Positions 36,256-45,796 of a stretch of DNA of 64,000 nt are shown piece after piece (position 1 is the first letter of the stretch; each line of letters begins with the position of its first letter). The notes under the pieces are model-generated. The model saw nothing but the letters and a program-made list of their open reading frames with translations, was not told where the DNA came from and ran no database searches. The stretch spans positions 695-64,694 of the forward strand of contig CAJWUJ010000006.1 of NCBI GenBank assembly GCA_913047625.1. The letters run 5' to 3'. Source of the stretch: an uncultured Dehalococcoidia bacterium (GTDB taxonomy: Bacteria; Chloroflexota; Dehalococcoidia; Lucifugimonadales; CAJWUJ01). Made by a program: the position numbers and the translations under genes.

Positions 36256-37347
36256 TCATTTGACCCTAATATCATGAGCACGTACCAGTACCCACACAGG
36301 TTGATCTGCTTTCACGCCGCATCTATCAAAAAGTTGCCGAGCAACAATAATATTTATGTCGGTTCCAAGACCACAGTCGATAGTAAGTTCTGTTTGCAGA
36401 CTATCTAAATTGGCTAATCCGGTTATTCGCCCCTCTAATACGTTTTCAATTGTGGAATTCACAAAACGATCAAAAGACAAACTAATATCACGAGGATCGA
36501 CAATGAGACTTAATTCTTTTCCTGTATTTACTATAGATTGCCTGACTACCAATGAAACACCATTCACTGAGCAAGTACTCAAGTGTCCATCTCTATCTGT
36601 TTGCGTCACATTACCATAGAGCATGATCCTATTTTCGGAGGCTAAGGGACGTGACGGTTCGATCATAGGTTTATGAAATTTCCCTACGATACCCTCATCA
36701 ACAATGGTACCTTGTGACAACACAGATACCTGATGCGCTAATGCCTCAACATCAGACCAATCATGACTGACAAAAATAACCGGTATGGAGAGTTCGATTA
36801 TTTCCTCACGCAATTTTTGTCTTAAAACATTTCTTAATGATTCATCTAGATTAGCAAACGGCTCATCCAGTAGCAAAAGTTTCGGTTTACGCGCAATAGA
36901 ACGAGCAAATGCTACCCTCTGTTTCTGCCCAGCCGATAAAGTTTCAGGGGATCGAAATCGAAGATCTTCAATTCGAAGCCAGTGCAGTAACTCACTAACT
37001 CGAGTATTCTTTTGAAACTCCGTCCAATTAAATAGTCCATACTCAATATTCTTTTCAACCGATAAGTGAGGGAATAAATTATATTCTTGAGGTACATACC
37101 CAATATCCCGTTTTTCTATTGGTTGGTACACTCCTTTTGAAGTATCGACAAGCAAGGTGCCATCAAGCTCAAAGTATGCATTCTGAGGAGTTATAAATCC
37201 AGACAGCAGATTGAGTGTCAGACTCTTGCCTGAACCAGACGGCCCAAATAAAGCCAAAGTCTCTCCATTAGATACATCCCATTTATAGTCTAATTCAAAA
37301 GAACCAATACTATGTTTGATCCATCCTACACTCAATAGCTTCTCCAT
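36256..37347 (-). CDS. modC: Molybdate (or related oxyanion) ABC transporter ATP-binding protein with C-terminal TOBE domain
   Basis: Walker A GPSGSGKSLT, signature LSAGQKQRVAFARSI, Walker B LLLLDEPFANLD, a C-terminal ~120-aa TOBE-like region. Operonic with modB and modA. Confidence 0.85.
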   Translation of the reverse strand: MEKLLSVGWIKHSIGSFELDYKWDVSNGETLALFGPSGSGKSLTLNLLSGFITPQNAYFELDGTLLVDTSKGVYQPIEKRDIGYVPQEYNLFPHLSVEKNIEYGLFNWTEFQKNTRVSELLHWLRIEDLRFRSPETLSAGQKQRVAFARSIARKPKLLLLDEPFANLDESLRNVLRQKLREEIIELSIPVIFVSHDWSDVEALAHQVSVLSQGTIVDEGIVGKFHKPMIEPSRPLASENRIMLYGNVTQTDRDGHLSTCSVNGVSLVVRQSIVNTGKELSLIVDPRDISLSFDRFVNSTIENVLEGRITGLANLDSLQTELTIDCGLGTDINIIVARQLFDRCGVKADQPVWVLVRAHDIRVK

Positions 37348-38156
37348 TTAGTTTGATTTGCAATAATATTAATGACTACCAAAATACCTACAGCTATGCT
37401 TATCAATAAAAGTGATACAGCTAGAGCAAAGGACAAACTAATCTCCAGTCCAGCAATAACCGATAATGATAGCGTCTGAGTTCTACCCGGAAAATTCCCA
37501 GCAAAGACAATAGTGGCACCTACTTCTGAAATTGCCCTAGCCCAAGCAAGAGTCAGTCCAGCAATAATTGAGCGTAAAGCTAATGGAAACGACACATGCC
37601 AAAAGGTAAATAGTTTTGACCGCCCTAAGGTACGCGATAGATGTTCATACATTGGGTTAATAGACTCGAACCCAATTCGTGCGGAACGAATATAAAATGG
37701 AGCAGCTACAAATGTCTGCGCTAATATTACAGCTACTATAGTGAATGGAATATCGATTCCAAAAAAGGAAAACACCTTTCCGATAAAACCATCAGACCCA
37801 AAAACCATCAGAAGTCCAAGCCCAGCTACAGTTGGAGGAAGAACTAACGGGAATTCAATGGTTATATCGACAATCCTTTTCCCTGGAAACTGTGCACGAG
37901 CAATCACGTATGCAAGAGGTGTACCGACTATAAAAATAATAACTACAGTTGTTAAGCTAGAAACTAGAGTCACTAACATAGCGTCTATAACTAAGCTCCC
38001 CGTTAAGGCGTCAATAAGACCCTTGCTGGTAATTGCTTTAAAAACAAGACCAACTAATGGGAGACCTATAAAACTGAGATACAAAACCGTAGGGATGAAA
38101 CCCGCAATAAAAAAAGGGGATTGTTTTCCGGTCTGGACCACATTCGGAACTCTCAC
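37332..38156 (-). CDS. modB: Molybdate ABC transporter permease
   Basis: Five or six TM helices and the EAA-loop region of CysTW/ModB-type permeases (ARAISEVGATIVFAGNFPGRTQT). It overlaps modC by 16 nt and modA by 4 nt. Confidence 0.88.
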   Translation of the reverse strand: MRVPNVVQTGKQSPFFIAGFIPTVLYLSFIGLPLVGLVFKAITSKGLIDALTGSLVIDAMLVTLVSSLTTVVIIFIVGTPLAYVIARAQFPGKRIVDITIEFPLVLPPTVAGLGLLMVFGSDGFIGKVFSFFGIDIPFTIVAVILAQTFVAAPFYIRSARIGFESINPMYEHLSRTLGRSKLFTFWHVSFPLALRSIIAGLTLAWARAISEVGATIVFAGNFPGRTQTLSLSVIAGLEISLSFALAVSLLLISIAVGILVVINIIANQTKWRSY

Positions 38157-38950
38157 TGGTCACTCCCCTGAAATCCGTAGGATTCCAAAATGCTAAGCCC
38201 TTTCTCTGAGCTGATAAATTCTAAAAACTTCATAGCCTCAATTGGGTTAGCCACGTTGGATGTTTCCAAGATAAAATAACCGACAGACGCATTATATTTA
38301 TCTGGAATCGATATAACACTAACAAGGTCAGAATCGACAGAGTTGATATCAGTATAATAAACAAAAGCTGCATCAGCTTGCTTAAGCACTATCTTATTTA
38401 AAATCATTCGAACATTAGGCTCGTAGGAAACGATATTCTGCTCAACTCCTTTGCGATATTCACTACCAAACACAGGATCAGCTGCCAACTTATTCAGAAC
38501 AATGCCGCTATAAACACCAATCGGCACTACAGAAGCACCAAAAATCATCTTTACATCTTGGTTCATTAGATCTTTTAGCGAATTCACTTTAGTATTTGCC
38601 TTTGGTGTTACCAATACGAGTTCATTACTAGCAAATTGACTGGGTATACCCCGCACCACATTATCCTTTAATGCCAGATCGATCTGGTAAGAGTTAGCAG
38701 ATGCATACAAATCTGCCTTAGCTCCATACTCTAATTGCATCCGCAAATTCGATGATCCTGCAAAATTAAACTGTACTGAGACTCGAGGATTTTTTAATTG
38801 ATACTCTTCGCCTAATTCCTGAAAAACATCTGTCAAAGAAGATGCGGCAAATATTACCAATTCTTTTTCTGTCTCCCTTCCACAAGCGGTCACAGAAAGT
38901 ATCCATAACATACTCAGTAAAATATACAATGACCTTTTTGCCCCTGACAT
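38153..38950 (-). CDS. modA: Molybdate-binding periplasmic/lipoprotein component
   Basis: VIFAASSLTDVFQELGEEY...FNFAGSSNLRMQLEYGAKADLYASAN matches the ModA anion-binding motifs. The start at ATG 38950 gives the lipoprotein-type signal MSGAKRSLYILLSMLWILSVTAC. TTG 39001 is the alternative. Confidence 0.85.
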   Translation of the reverse strand: MSGAKRSLYILLSMLWILSVTACGRETEKELVIFAASSLTDVFQELGEEYQLKNPRVSVQFNFAGSSNLRMQLEYGAKADLYASANSYQIDLALKDNVVRGIPSQFASNELVLVTPKANTKVNSLKDLMNQDVKMIFGASVVPIGVYSGIVLNKLAADPVFGSEYRKGVEQNIVSYEPNVRMILNKIVLKQADAAFVYYTDINSVDSDLVSVISIPDKYNASVGYFILETSNVANPIEAMKFLEFISSEKGLSILESYGFQGSDQ

Positions 38951-39034
38951 GCAGACAGTGTATCTAATCGGTCCTATTTTGTATTTGTGCACACAGCACA
39001 AACTTTCTATTTACTACTAGTGTAAGATAGTACA

Positions 39035-39379
39035 ATGACAATAGAGCAACGATTAAGAACTCTCATCAAAGAAAGCAAGCCAAACAAAAGCGTCACAGAA
39101 GCTATAGAGGACATACTCGCCCCTCTTAGGGAATACGATGTTACAACTGGCTCGAACCTTGAATACACGCTCATGCGGTATACAGCATTAGGTTCCCTAT
39201 CTGCTACTGCCAAAGACTTATTTCTACACAGAAATAGTGTGCTCTATCGACTACAGAGAATTGAAGATCTCACCGGTATCCCAATAAGAAATCAAGCGAT
39301 TAGGAACGACCTATTCGTCATTCTTTCGCTAGTCTGCAGTCAATATCTTCGGGTAGAAACCTCGAATATCATTAGGTGA
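39035..39379 (+). CDS. Stand-alone PucR/CdaR-type C-terminal helix-turn-helix protein (114 aa)
   Basis: SATAKDLFLHRNSVLYRLQRIEDLTGIPIRN matches the PucR C-terminal HTH pattern. There is no N-terminal sensor domain. It is divergent from modA and immediately upstream of mop. Confidence 0.7.
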   Translation: MTIEQRLRTLIKESKPNKSVTEAIEDILAPLREYDVTTGSNLEYTLMRYTALGSLSATAKDLFLHRNSVLYRLQRIEDLTGIPIRNQAIRNDLFVILSLVCSQYLRVETSNIIR

Positions 39380-39384
39380 TTACA

Positions 39385-39600
39385 ATGGAAGCAAGCGGTC
39401 GAAATAAACTACCAGGGACCGTCACGGAAGTGCGCATCGAAGGTCTGATGGCCCAAATCAGTCTTCGCACTGGAGACAACCATATAACCGCTCTTATTAG
39501 TGCTGAAGCAGCAAAGGAAATGGGCATAAAGGTAGGAGACCAAGCAGTAGCACTCGTAAAAGCTACATCCGTGATGATTATAAAACCTGAAACGCCTTAA
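39385..39600 (+). CDS. mop: Single-domain molybdenum-pterin-binding (Mop/molbindin, TOBE-fold) protein
   Basis: MEASGRNKLPGTVTEVRIEGLMAQISLRTGDNHITALISAEAAKEMGIKVGDQAVALVKATSVMI is the classic Mop sequence pattern. AGGTGA SD 5 nt upstream of ATG 39385. That SD overlaps the stop of the HTH gene. Confidence 0.85.
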   Translation: MEASGRNKLPGTVTEVRIEGLMAQISLRTGDNHITALISAEAAKEMGIKVGDQAVALVKATSVMIIKPETP

Positions 39601-39607
39601 CCGTAAA

Positions 39608-40807
39608 TTATTTCCTCGATTGAAGCGTCACACTGAATTCCATTAATTGTTCTCCACGATAGGCTCTAATTATTACTACGTCCCCTGCACGATACACTGT
39701 GCGTAAAAGTTTTTTCAATTCACCAAAGTTATTCACTTTAGTACCATCTAAAGCGACGATAATATCATTAGGCTGCATACCAGCTTCCTCAGCCCCCCCG
39801 TCAGTAGTACACTCTAGAATCAAAAAGCCTCTCTGGGCCGTCAAACCTTCTTGAAATGCCGTGGCTGGATTGACATCGTGACCACGAATCCCAATTAGAG
39901 GAGTTATGACACGCCCAAATTCCTTGAGTTGATTAGCAATAGGACCTGCTGTATCAGATGGGACAGCAAAAGCAATTCCCATAGCCTGTATACCGGCTCC
40001 AGCGTCTGTAAGAATAGCAGTATTAATACCGATAATTTCGCCACTAAGATTAATTAACGGACCTCCGCTATTACCAGGGTTAATAACAGCATCTGTTTGA
40101 ATCAAATTATTTATTCCCGTTTGTCCGTCACCAAAAGGCAAAAATCTGCCCACAGCACTAACTACTCCCACTGTCACTGTAGGACTACCTGGGATACTTA
40201 ATGCATTCCCAATAGCTATCACAAACTCACCAGGTCTAATCTTAGTGGAATCGCCGATGACAGCAGCCTTAATACTTCCTTCAGCAGAAATCTTGAGAAC
40301 AGCAAGGTCATTGGCTGGATCTGTCCCAACGATCGTGGCCTCAAAAGTACGGTCATCAAACAGGGTGACCTGAATAGCAATAGCATCTTCTATAACGTGG
40401 TTATTAGTAATGATGTAACCATCGTCGGTGTAAATTACTCCACTACCACTAGTAGGAAGCTGCTGATTACCCCAAAAGCTAGGCACTTCTCTCATGGCTG
40501 AAATAGAAACAACTGACGGAGCTACTTGTTCAACAATATTCGGCACAAGCTCAGCCAAATCAACAAAACCATCTTGTAGCAGAGATAGATCCTCAGCTCC
40601 ATCATTATCGTGATCCAGACCTTCTTCACTATTCTCATCTTGCATAAGGGATTCGTCATTTGATGGAACTATTTGATCATCACTACTTTCGGTGGATCCT
40701 ACGCTGGTTCCTTCAAAATCAGAAAGCAGTAGCATAGAACCAGTCCCAAGGACAGTAATAACTACTGTGAAAGAAATCACCAAAAACCATTTTTTTAATT
40801 TATCCAT
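39608..40807 (-). CDS. htrA: HtrA/DegP-family serine protease with one PDZ domain
   Basis: N-terminal TM helix and an acidic linker. Catalytic His (ITNNHVI), Asp (NDLAVLKI) and Ser (GNSGGPLINLSGEIIGINTA). C-terminal PDZ (GMQPNDIIVALDGTKV). Confidence 0.9.
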   Translation of the reverse strand: MDKLKKWFLVISFTVVITVLGTGSMLLLSDFEGTSVGSTESSDDQIVPSNDESLMQDENSEEGLDHDNDGAEDLSLLQDGFVDLAELVPNIVEQVAPSVVSISAMREVPSFWGNQQLPTSGSGVIYTDDGYIITNNHVIEDAIAIQVTLFDDRTFEATIVGTDPANDLAVLKISAEGSIKAAVIGDSTKIRPGEFVIAIGNALSIPGSPTVTVGVVSAVGRFLPFGDGQTGINNLIQTDAVINPGNSGGPLINLSGEIIGINTAILTDAGAGIQAMGIAFAVPSDTAGPIANQLKEFGRVITPLIGIRGHDVNPATAFQEGLTAQRGFLILECTTDGGAEEAGMQPNDIIVALDGTKVNNFGELKKLLRTVYRAGDVVIIRAYRGEQLMEFSVTLQSRK

Positions 40808-40873
40808 AACGTGTTATTTCCTAATACAGAATGCTGTATATTTTATTAGCCAGAACTCTAAATAGCTAGATTT

Positions 40874-41590
40874 CTAGAACAATATTTCTTTTTGAGCAGC
40901 CAATAACTGTTTGATTCCGTTTTCTCCAAGGTCAAGTAATTTGGTAAGCATCTCACGAGTAAATGGGGTCTTTTCACCTGTTCCTTGCAATTCCATTAAT
41001 TCCAGTTTGTCAGTCATCACAATGTTACAATCAACATCTGCTCGAGAATCTTCCTCATACGATAAATCCAGCAGTGCTTCCTGATCCACAAATCCTACAC
41101 TCACAGCCGCAACGGCAGAAATCAACGGGCTTTTAGCAATCATGTTTGAAGTTACTAAAGTTTCCACTGCTTGATGCAGTGCAACAAATGCTCCCGTAAT
41201 AGAAGCGCATCTGGTTCCACCGTCAGCCTGAAGGACATCACAGTCAAGTATGATAGTGCGTTCACCCAATAAATTCATATCTATAATTCCCCGGAGAGAT
41301 CTCCCAATAAGTCTTTGGATCTCAGTACTTCGGCCGCTTATTTTAGTTTGGCTCGGTCGTGAATTCCGTGTATTAGTTGACCTCGGCAACATACCGTATT
41401 CAGCGGTGACCCATCCGACTCCTTGGCCCCTCAAAAAAGGAGGTACCTTTTCCTCGATTGTCGCCGCACATAACACTCGTGTGTTGCCAATTTCAATCAT
41501 TGCAGATCCTTCTGCATAAGCTTGGCAACCAGTAGTAATCTTAACTGGGCGCATTTGATTCATCTTTCTGTTATCTAATCTGTTCAACAT
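40874..41590 (-). CDS. rph: Ribonuclease PH
   Basis: MRPVKITTG...[18 protein letters not shown]...[14 protein letters not shown]...RLIGRSLR...[13 protein letters not shown] placed the start at ATG 41590, which has AAGGAG 4 nt upstream and gives the usual ~239-aa length. Confidence 0.92.
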   Translation of the reverse strand: MLNRLDNRKMNQMRPVKITTGCQAYAEGSAMIEIGNTRVLCAATIEEKVPPFLRGQGVGWVTAEYGMLPRSTNTRNSRPSQTKISGRSTEIQRLIGRSLRGIIDMNLLGERTIILDCDVLQADGGTRCASITGAFVALHQAVETLVTSNMIAKSPLISAVAAVSVGFVDQEALLDLSYEEDSRADVDCNIVMTDKLELMELQGTGEKTPFTREMLTKLLDLGENGIKQLLAAQKEILF

Positions 41591-41762
41591 TCTTCTCCTT
41601 GTAGATCGCAATGGTTCTATTTTGACTAGCCCACCAGAATGTATTTCATCCACACTTAGATTCAAGCCTCCAAATGATTCGATACTTCTATATGTGGCAA
41701 CTAGCCATTACTACAACTAAGGTAGTACCATTTTACGCCATTAACTACTATACTTTCTACAG

Positions 41763-43031
41763 ATGCAAACAACCCTGTTTCTACCATTCAAAAAACCTGC
41801 TTATACAACCTTGTGGTTTTCTGAAGGGCTAATGAATCTCGCAGACCAGATGGAATTCTTAGTACTGGTCTGGTTGGTAGTCGAAAATACGGAATCTGCC
41901 TTCCTTGTTGGTCTTTTCAGTGGTCTAAGGTTTATTGGCATGGTACTAGCACCTGTCTCAGGAACCATAATTGATAGGCACGGCGGAATAAAGGCCCTAA
42001 AGACCACCCGCCTCCTATATCTCTTTTATTCAGGCACTATTTTGACCGTTTTGTTCTTGAACAAGTTTAAGCTATGGATGGCCTTTTTTATGGCAACGTT
42101 AAACGGAATTAACAGAGCATCCGACATGGTAGCCCGCCAAACTTCTATGGCTACAATTCTGGGAATCAATACAATAAACAGTGGTGTCGCTGGATTCCGA
42201 ATCGTGAGAGATATTACTCAAATGATTGGACCTTTACTGGGCGCATTAATACTAGATAGTTCAGGTATAGAGTGGTCCTACATAGCAATCTGTTCAGTTT
42301 TCTTTATGTCTTCGGTATTAGTATTCAGAGCATCCCATCAACAATCCAGTCTTGGATTAGCAACCGTTCAAGAAGAATCCCCTTCCAAACAATTAAACGA
42401 TTCTTCTAACACCAAGACCTCACCGTTGTGGGAAAGTTTTAAGCAAGGTTTAGTTTACGTTTACAAAAGTAAACCTCTGCTCATGCTCTTCATTCTAGCT
42501 ACCTTGTACAATATTTTGGTCTTTCCGGTTATATACGGACTAATGCCTGTGATAGCAAAAAGCATACTCAATACAGACGCAACAGGATTGGGAAGACTAA
42601 TGTTTGCCATATATGCAGGAGCTTTGATTGGAACACTTATTATAGGCTCAGTGAAATCTTTTAACCGTCCAGGCAGAACATTAATAATAGCCAATTTAGG
42701 ATGGTACTTGGCATTCCTAGCCCTTGCACCTGTAGACATCTATATTTTCGCAATCATCATCCTTTTTGTTGGTGGACTCACGAGTGGAATCACAAATGTC
42801 ATGGTGGAACAGTTACTCTTGACCATTTCAAGCAAGGAATTTCGAGGTCGTGTTATGGGCACACGTGCTCTTGCGGTAGCTGCCCTATTTATAGGTGTTT
42901 TGGGGTCAGGTAGTTTGGCAGATGCCACTTCTATACAAATATCTGTCGCTACTATTACTTCTCTCGGTTTTCTAATTACAATTGTAGTAACTCTTCTATT
43001 ACCTCAATTATGGAGAGTACAGACATCTTAA
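41763..43031 (+). CDS. MFS transporter
   Basis: Twelve hydrophobic helices with a central hydrophilic loop (residues ~195-225). The pattern resembles EntS/MFS_3-type exporters. Confidence 0.8.
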   Translation: MQTTLFLPFKKPAYTTLWFSEGLMNLADQMEFLVLVWLVVENTESAFLVGLFSGLRFIGMVLAPVSGTIIDRHGGIKALKTTRLLYLFYSGTILTVLFLNKFKLWMAFFMATLNGINRASDMVARQTSMATILGINTINSGVAGFRIVRDITQMIGPLLGALILDSSGIEWSYIAICSVFFMSSVLVFRASHQQSSLGLATVQEESPSKQLNDSSNTKTSPLWESFKQGLVYVYKSKPLLMLFILATLYNILVFPVIYGLMPVIAKSILNTDATGLGRLMFAIYAGALIGTLIIGSVKSFNRPGRTLIIANLGWYLAFLALAPVDIYIFAIIILFVGGLTSGITNVMVEQLLLTISSKEFRGRVMGTRALAVAALFIGVLGSGSLADATSIQISVATITSLGFLITIVVTLLLPQLWRVQTS

Positions 43032-43102
43032 TAACAAGACTTCACTTGTGAATGAAGACGTAGATGTTTATAATACCCTTCATTCTCTCAAGGAGGACTA
43101 AA

Positions 43103-44032
43103 ATGCCCGCAATCGCATATCACAAAGGTTCATTTATGCCACTGGAAGAAGCAAAGGTTGGTATCATGACCCACGCACTTCACTATGGAACCGCTGTATT
43201 TGAGGGCATTAGGGGCAACTGGAATAGTGATCATGAAAAGGTCTACATCTTTAGGCTCCGTGAGCATATGGAACGGTTACTACAAGGGTGTTCTATCCTT
43301 AGAATGACGTTACCGTTATCTGTTGACGACCTATGTAACCTTACCATCCAAATGGTTGAGAAATGTGGTTATACCGAAGATCTATACATAAGGCCTGTTG
43401 CCTACAAATCCGCAGAGAAAGTAGCTAATCTAAAACTCCCAGAACTTGAAGATGACTTTTTTGTTTTAGCTATACCGTTCGGTAAGTACCTTGATTCAGA
43501 TGGTGCCATTAAATGCTGCACCTCTTCCTGGAGAAGAACTGATGACACTATGATACCTCCTCGAGTTAAACTCGCGGGAATATATATCAATAGTATACTC
43601 GCAAAATCAGACGCCGTATTATCAGGATTCGATGAAGCTATCCTCCTAAATCAAGATGGCCATGTTTGTGAGGGATCCGGGGAAAATATCTTCATTATTA
43701 AGGATGGAACCATATCAACTCCTTCTCTAGATTCTAATGTTTTGCCTGGCATCACCCGGGATACTGTCAAAACACTTATCCAAAAGGAACTAGGACTTAA
43801 TCTCGTTGAACGATCTATAGACAGGAGTGAACTCTACTTAGCAGACGAAGTTTTTCTTACTGGAACCGCAGCCCATTTGACTCCTGTAGGTCAAATAGAC
43901 CATAGGAATATACGAGATGGAGAAGTTGGTCCCATAACCAAAGAATTAAGTCGATTGTATTTCCAAATCGTAAGGGGAGACAATTCTAAATACATCGATT
44001 TTTGTACGCCAGTCTCACCTAACGGCAAGTAA
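43103..44032 (+). CDS. ilvE: Branched-chain-amino-acid aminotransferase (fold-type IV PLP enzyme)
   Basis: HALHYGTAVFEGIRG, LYIRP, EGSGENIFIIKDG, LPGITRDT, FLTGTAA. Start ATG 43103 is preceded by AGGAGG at 6-nt spacing. Confidence 0.9.
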   Translation: MPAIAYHKGSFMPLEEAKVGIMTHALHYGTAVFEGIRGNWNSDHEKVYIFRLREHMERLLQGCSILRMTLPLSVDDLCNLTIQMVEKCGYTEDLYIRPVAYKSAEKVANLKLPELEDDFFVLAIPFGKYLDSDGAIKCCTSSWRRTDDTMIPPRVKLAGIYINSILAKSDAVLSGFDEAILLNQDGHVCEGSGENIFIIKDGTISTPSLDSNVLPGITRDTVKTLIQKELGLNLVERSIDRSELYLADEVFLTGTAAHLTPVGQIDHRNIRDGEVGPITKELSRLYFQIVRGDNSKYIDFCTPVSPNGK

Positions 44033-44190
44033 GTCATCGAATTAAAGTCCTTTGGTCAAACACAATCATACTCCTCCTTAGGTCTAATCAGACAAATAAA
44101 TCCAAAATTGGTCTGTGAAAAAGTACATGCTAGAATAAGTCTACGGGGCTGTATTAAGCTCATCTTTTTGTCGCACAAGGTTTTATACCA

Positions 44191-45102
44191 TTGATAACAA
44201 CGCCTGTAATCCGAACTTTTAAATGGTCTGACCTAAACTCTTTAACAGAGTTGCTGTCCGACATATGGAACACCGAAACACCAGATCATCCTTTAAGCTC
44301 ATCCTCTTTAAAGGAATACCTAAAAGATGGATTTAACTCAGGCAATAGAAACTGTGTACTTGTTTCCAATCAAGGTAGCACTGTTGGATATTTATTCCTG
44401 ACATATGAAAAACCTATCAGTCGTTTCATACTAGAAGGTGGTATACACTCTGAATACCGTGGCCAAGGCTTAGGAAAGCTACTCATATCACACGGACTGG
44501 AAAAAGCAAGATCTGTGGGTGCCCAAACAATCAACGTTCCAGCCCCCAAACAAACGGGTTATTTAAACAGTCTGCTGAGTAGTGCAGGTTTAAAACATGT
44601 CAGAACCCACTGGCATATGATACGTCCAAATACATCAATAACTGTCCCTAAAATACCTGAGACACTACGACTCCAATACTTATCAAAAGGACAGGAGGAA
44701 CTCTTTGCCACATTACAAAACCACTGCTTTAAAGGGGAATGGGGCTTTAGTCCAAACACAAAAAAGCAGATAGAAACTAGCCTCCAATATCCAGGAAACT
44801 ATGACAATGGAATATTACTTCTTACAGAGAAAGATCGTTTCATTGGTTACAACTGGACCCTACTAATTAGCAACGAAATGTCAGTTGAAGGAGTCATTAG
44901 CATGACTGGCATCTTGCCAGAATATCGTGGCCAGGGTTTGGGTAAAATAGTTGTAACATCTGGAATCGACCAACTCCAAAAGAGAGGAGCGCAAGCAACT
45001 AGACTCACCGTAGATGCAGATAACACACCTGCAAGAGAACTCTATCTCAAACTGGGATTCCAAAAACTAAGACAAACCCTGTGGTACGGAAACTCTATTT
45101 AG
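44191..45102 (+). CDS. Tandem-GNAT N-acetyltransferase (MshD-like two-domain architecture)
   Basis: Two acetyl-CoA-binding motifs, EYRGQGLGKLLISHGL (N-domain) and EYRGQGLGKIVVTSGI (C-domain). The linker and C-domain layout recall mycothiol synthase MshD (memory-based comparison). TTG start. The 3' end overlaps the convergent DUF502 gene by 8 nt. Confidence 0.75.
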   Translation: MITTPVIRTFKWSDLNSLTELLSDIWNTETPDHPLSSSSLKEYLKDGFNSGNRNCVLVSNQGSTVGYLFLTYEKPISRFILEGGIHSEYRGQGLGKLLISHGLEKARSVGAQTINVPAPKQTGYLNSLLSSAGLKHVRTHWHMIRPNTSITVPKIPETLRLQYLSKGQEELFATLQNHCFKGEWGFSPNTKKQIETSLQYPGNYDNGILLLTEKDRFIGYNWTLLISNEMSVEGVISMTGILPEYRGQGLGKIVVTSGIDQLQKRGAQATRLTVDADNTPARELYLKLGFQKLRQTLWYGNSI

Positions 45103-45796
45103 TATCAGTGGCTATTTTTGATATACCAGTATTAGGACTTAGTGCTTGTGATGCAAAAATACCGCCTGAGATAATAAGTTTCATCGCTTGATCCACCTTA
45201 AGATCAATGGGATATATTTCATCTATAGAAATAATTGCTAAGTAGCCTGACGTTGGATTAGGAGTCGTTGGAATGTACACAACAGCTTGCTGTTTACCTT
45301 CTTCATCTTCAAACTGACCGGTGAGAAATCCGATAGCTTTCACACCACGCCTGGGATACTCCACAAGCACTACGCGTTTAAATTCTCGATCAGTGGCCAC
45401 AGTGACTAGATCGATCGCTTCCTTAACAGCACCGTACAACAAACGTATCACTGGAATATTACCAAATAAATTATGCCCAATATCGATAGCCCGCCTGCCA
45501 ATTGCACTGGTCGCACCAATTCCTACACAATACAGAAACAGAATGAAAGTAATGAATCCTACTCCAGGCACTGGCCTACGAAATAAAGTCTCCAAGAAGG
45601 GTGCCATGAAATCTTCAACCCATATATAAACAAAACGCCCCACTAGAATTGTAAGTACTAAAGGAATCAGTACAAGAAAACCCGCCCCCAAACGAGTCAT
45701 AACTTTCTGCTCAGTCTGTTTCCAGCGAATTCTTTTCCAATATGAAACGATTAAATTACTATTGAACAGAGTAGCTAGTGAGTTCTTTGTAAACAT
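45095..45796 (-). CDS. DUF502 family membrane protein
   Basis: GAGFLVLIPLVLTILVGRFVYIWVEDFMAPF plus a second TM helix and a conserved soluble C-domain (VVLVEYPRRGVKAIGFLTG...VYIPTTPNPTSGYL). ATG 45796 overlaps the GT4 gene by 38 nt. ATG 45700 is an alternative start. Confidence 0.7.
   Translation of the reverse strand: MFTKNSLATLFNSNLIVSYWKRIRWKQTEQKVMTRLGAGFLVLIPLVLTILVGRFVYIWVEDFMAPFLETLFRRPVPGVGFITFILFLYCVGIGATSAIGRRAIDIGHNLFGNIPVIRLLYGAVKEAIDLVTVATDREFKRVVLVEYPRRGVKAIGFLTGQFEDEEGKQQAVVYIPTTPNPTSGYLAIISIDEIYPIDLKVDQAMKLIISGGIFASQALSPNTGISKIATDTK

Noticed and set aside
38951-39034. A possible Moco riboswitch or ModE-type operator (TATAT-N7-TAYAT-like) upstream of modA.
   Set aside because: The spacer (~84 nt, shared by two divergent genes) is too short for a Moco riboswitch. 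It contains no match to the E. coli-type ModE box. Only the short TGTGCACA palindrome was noted, under the HTH/Mop finding.
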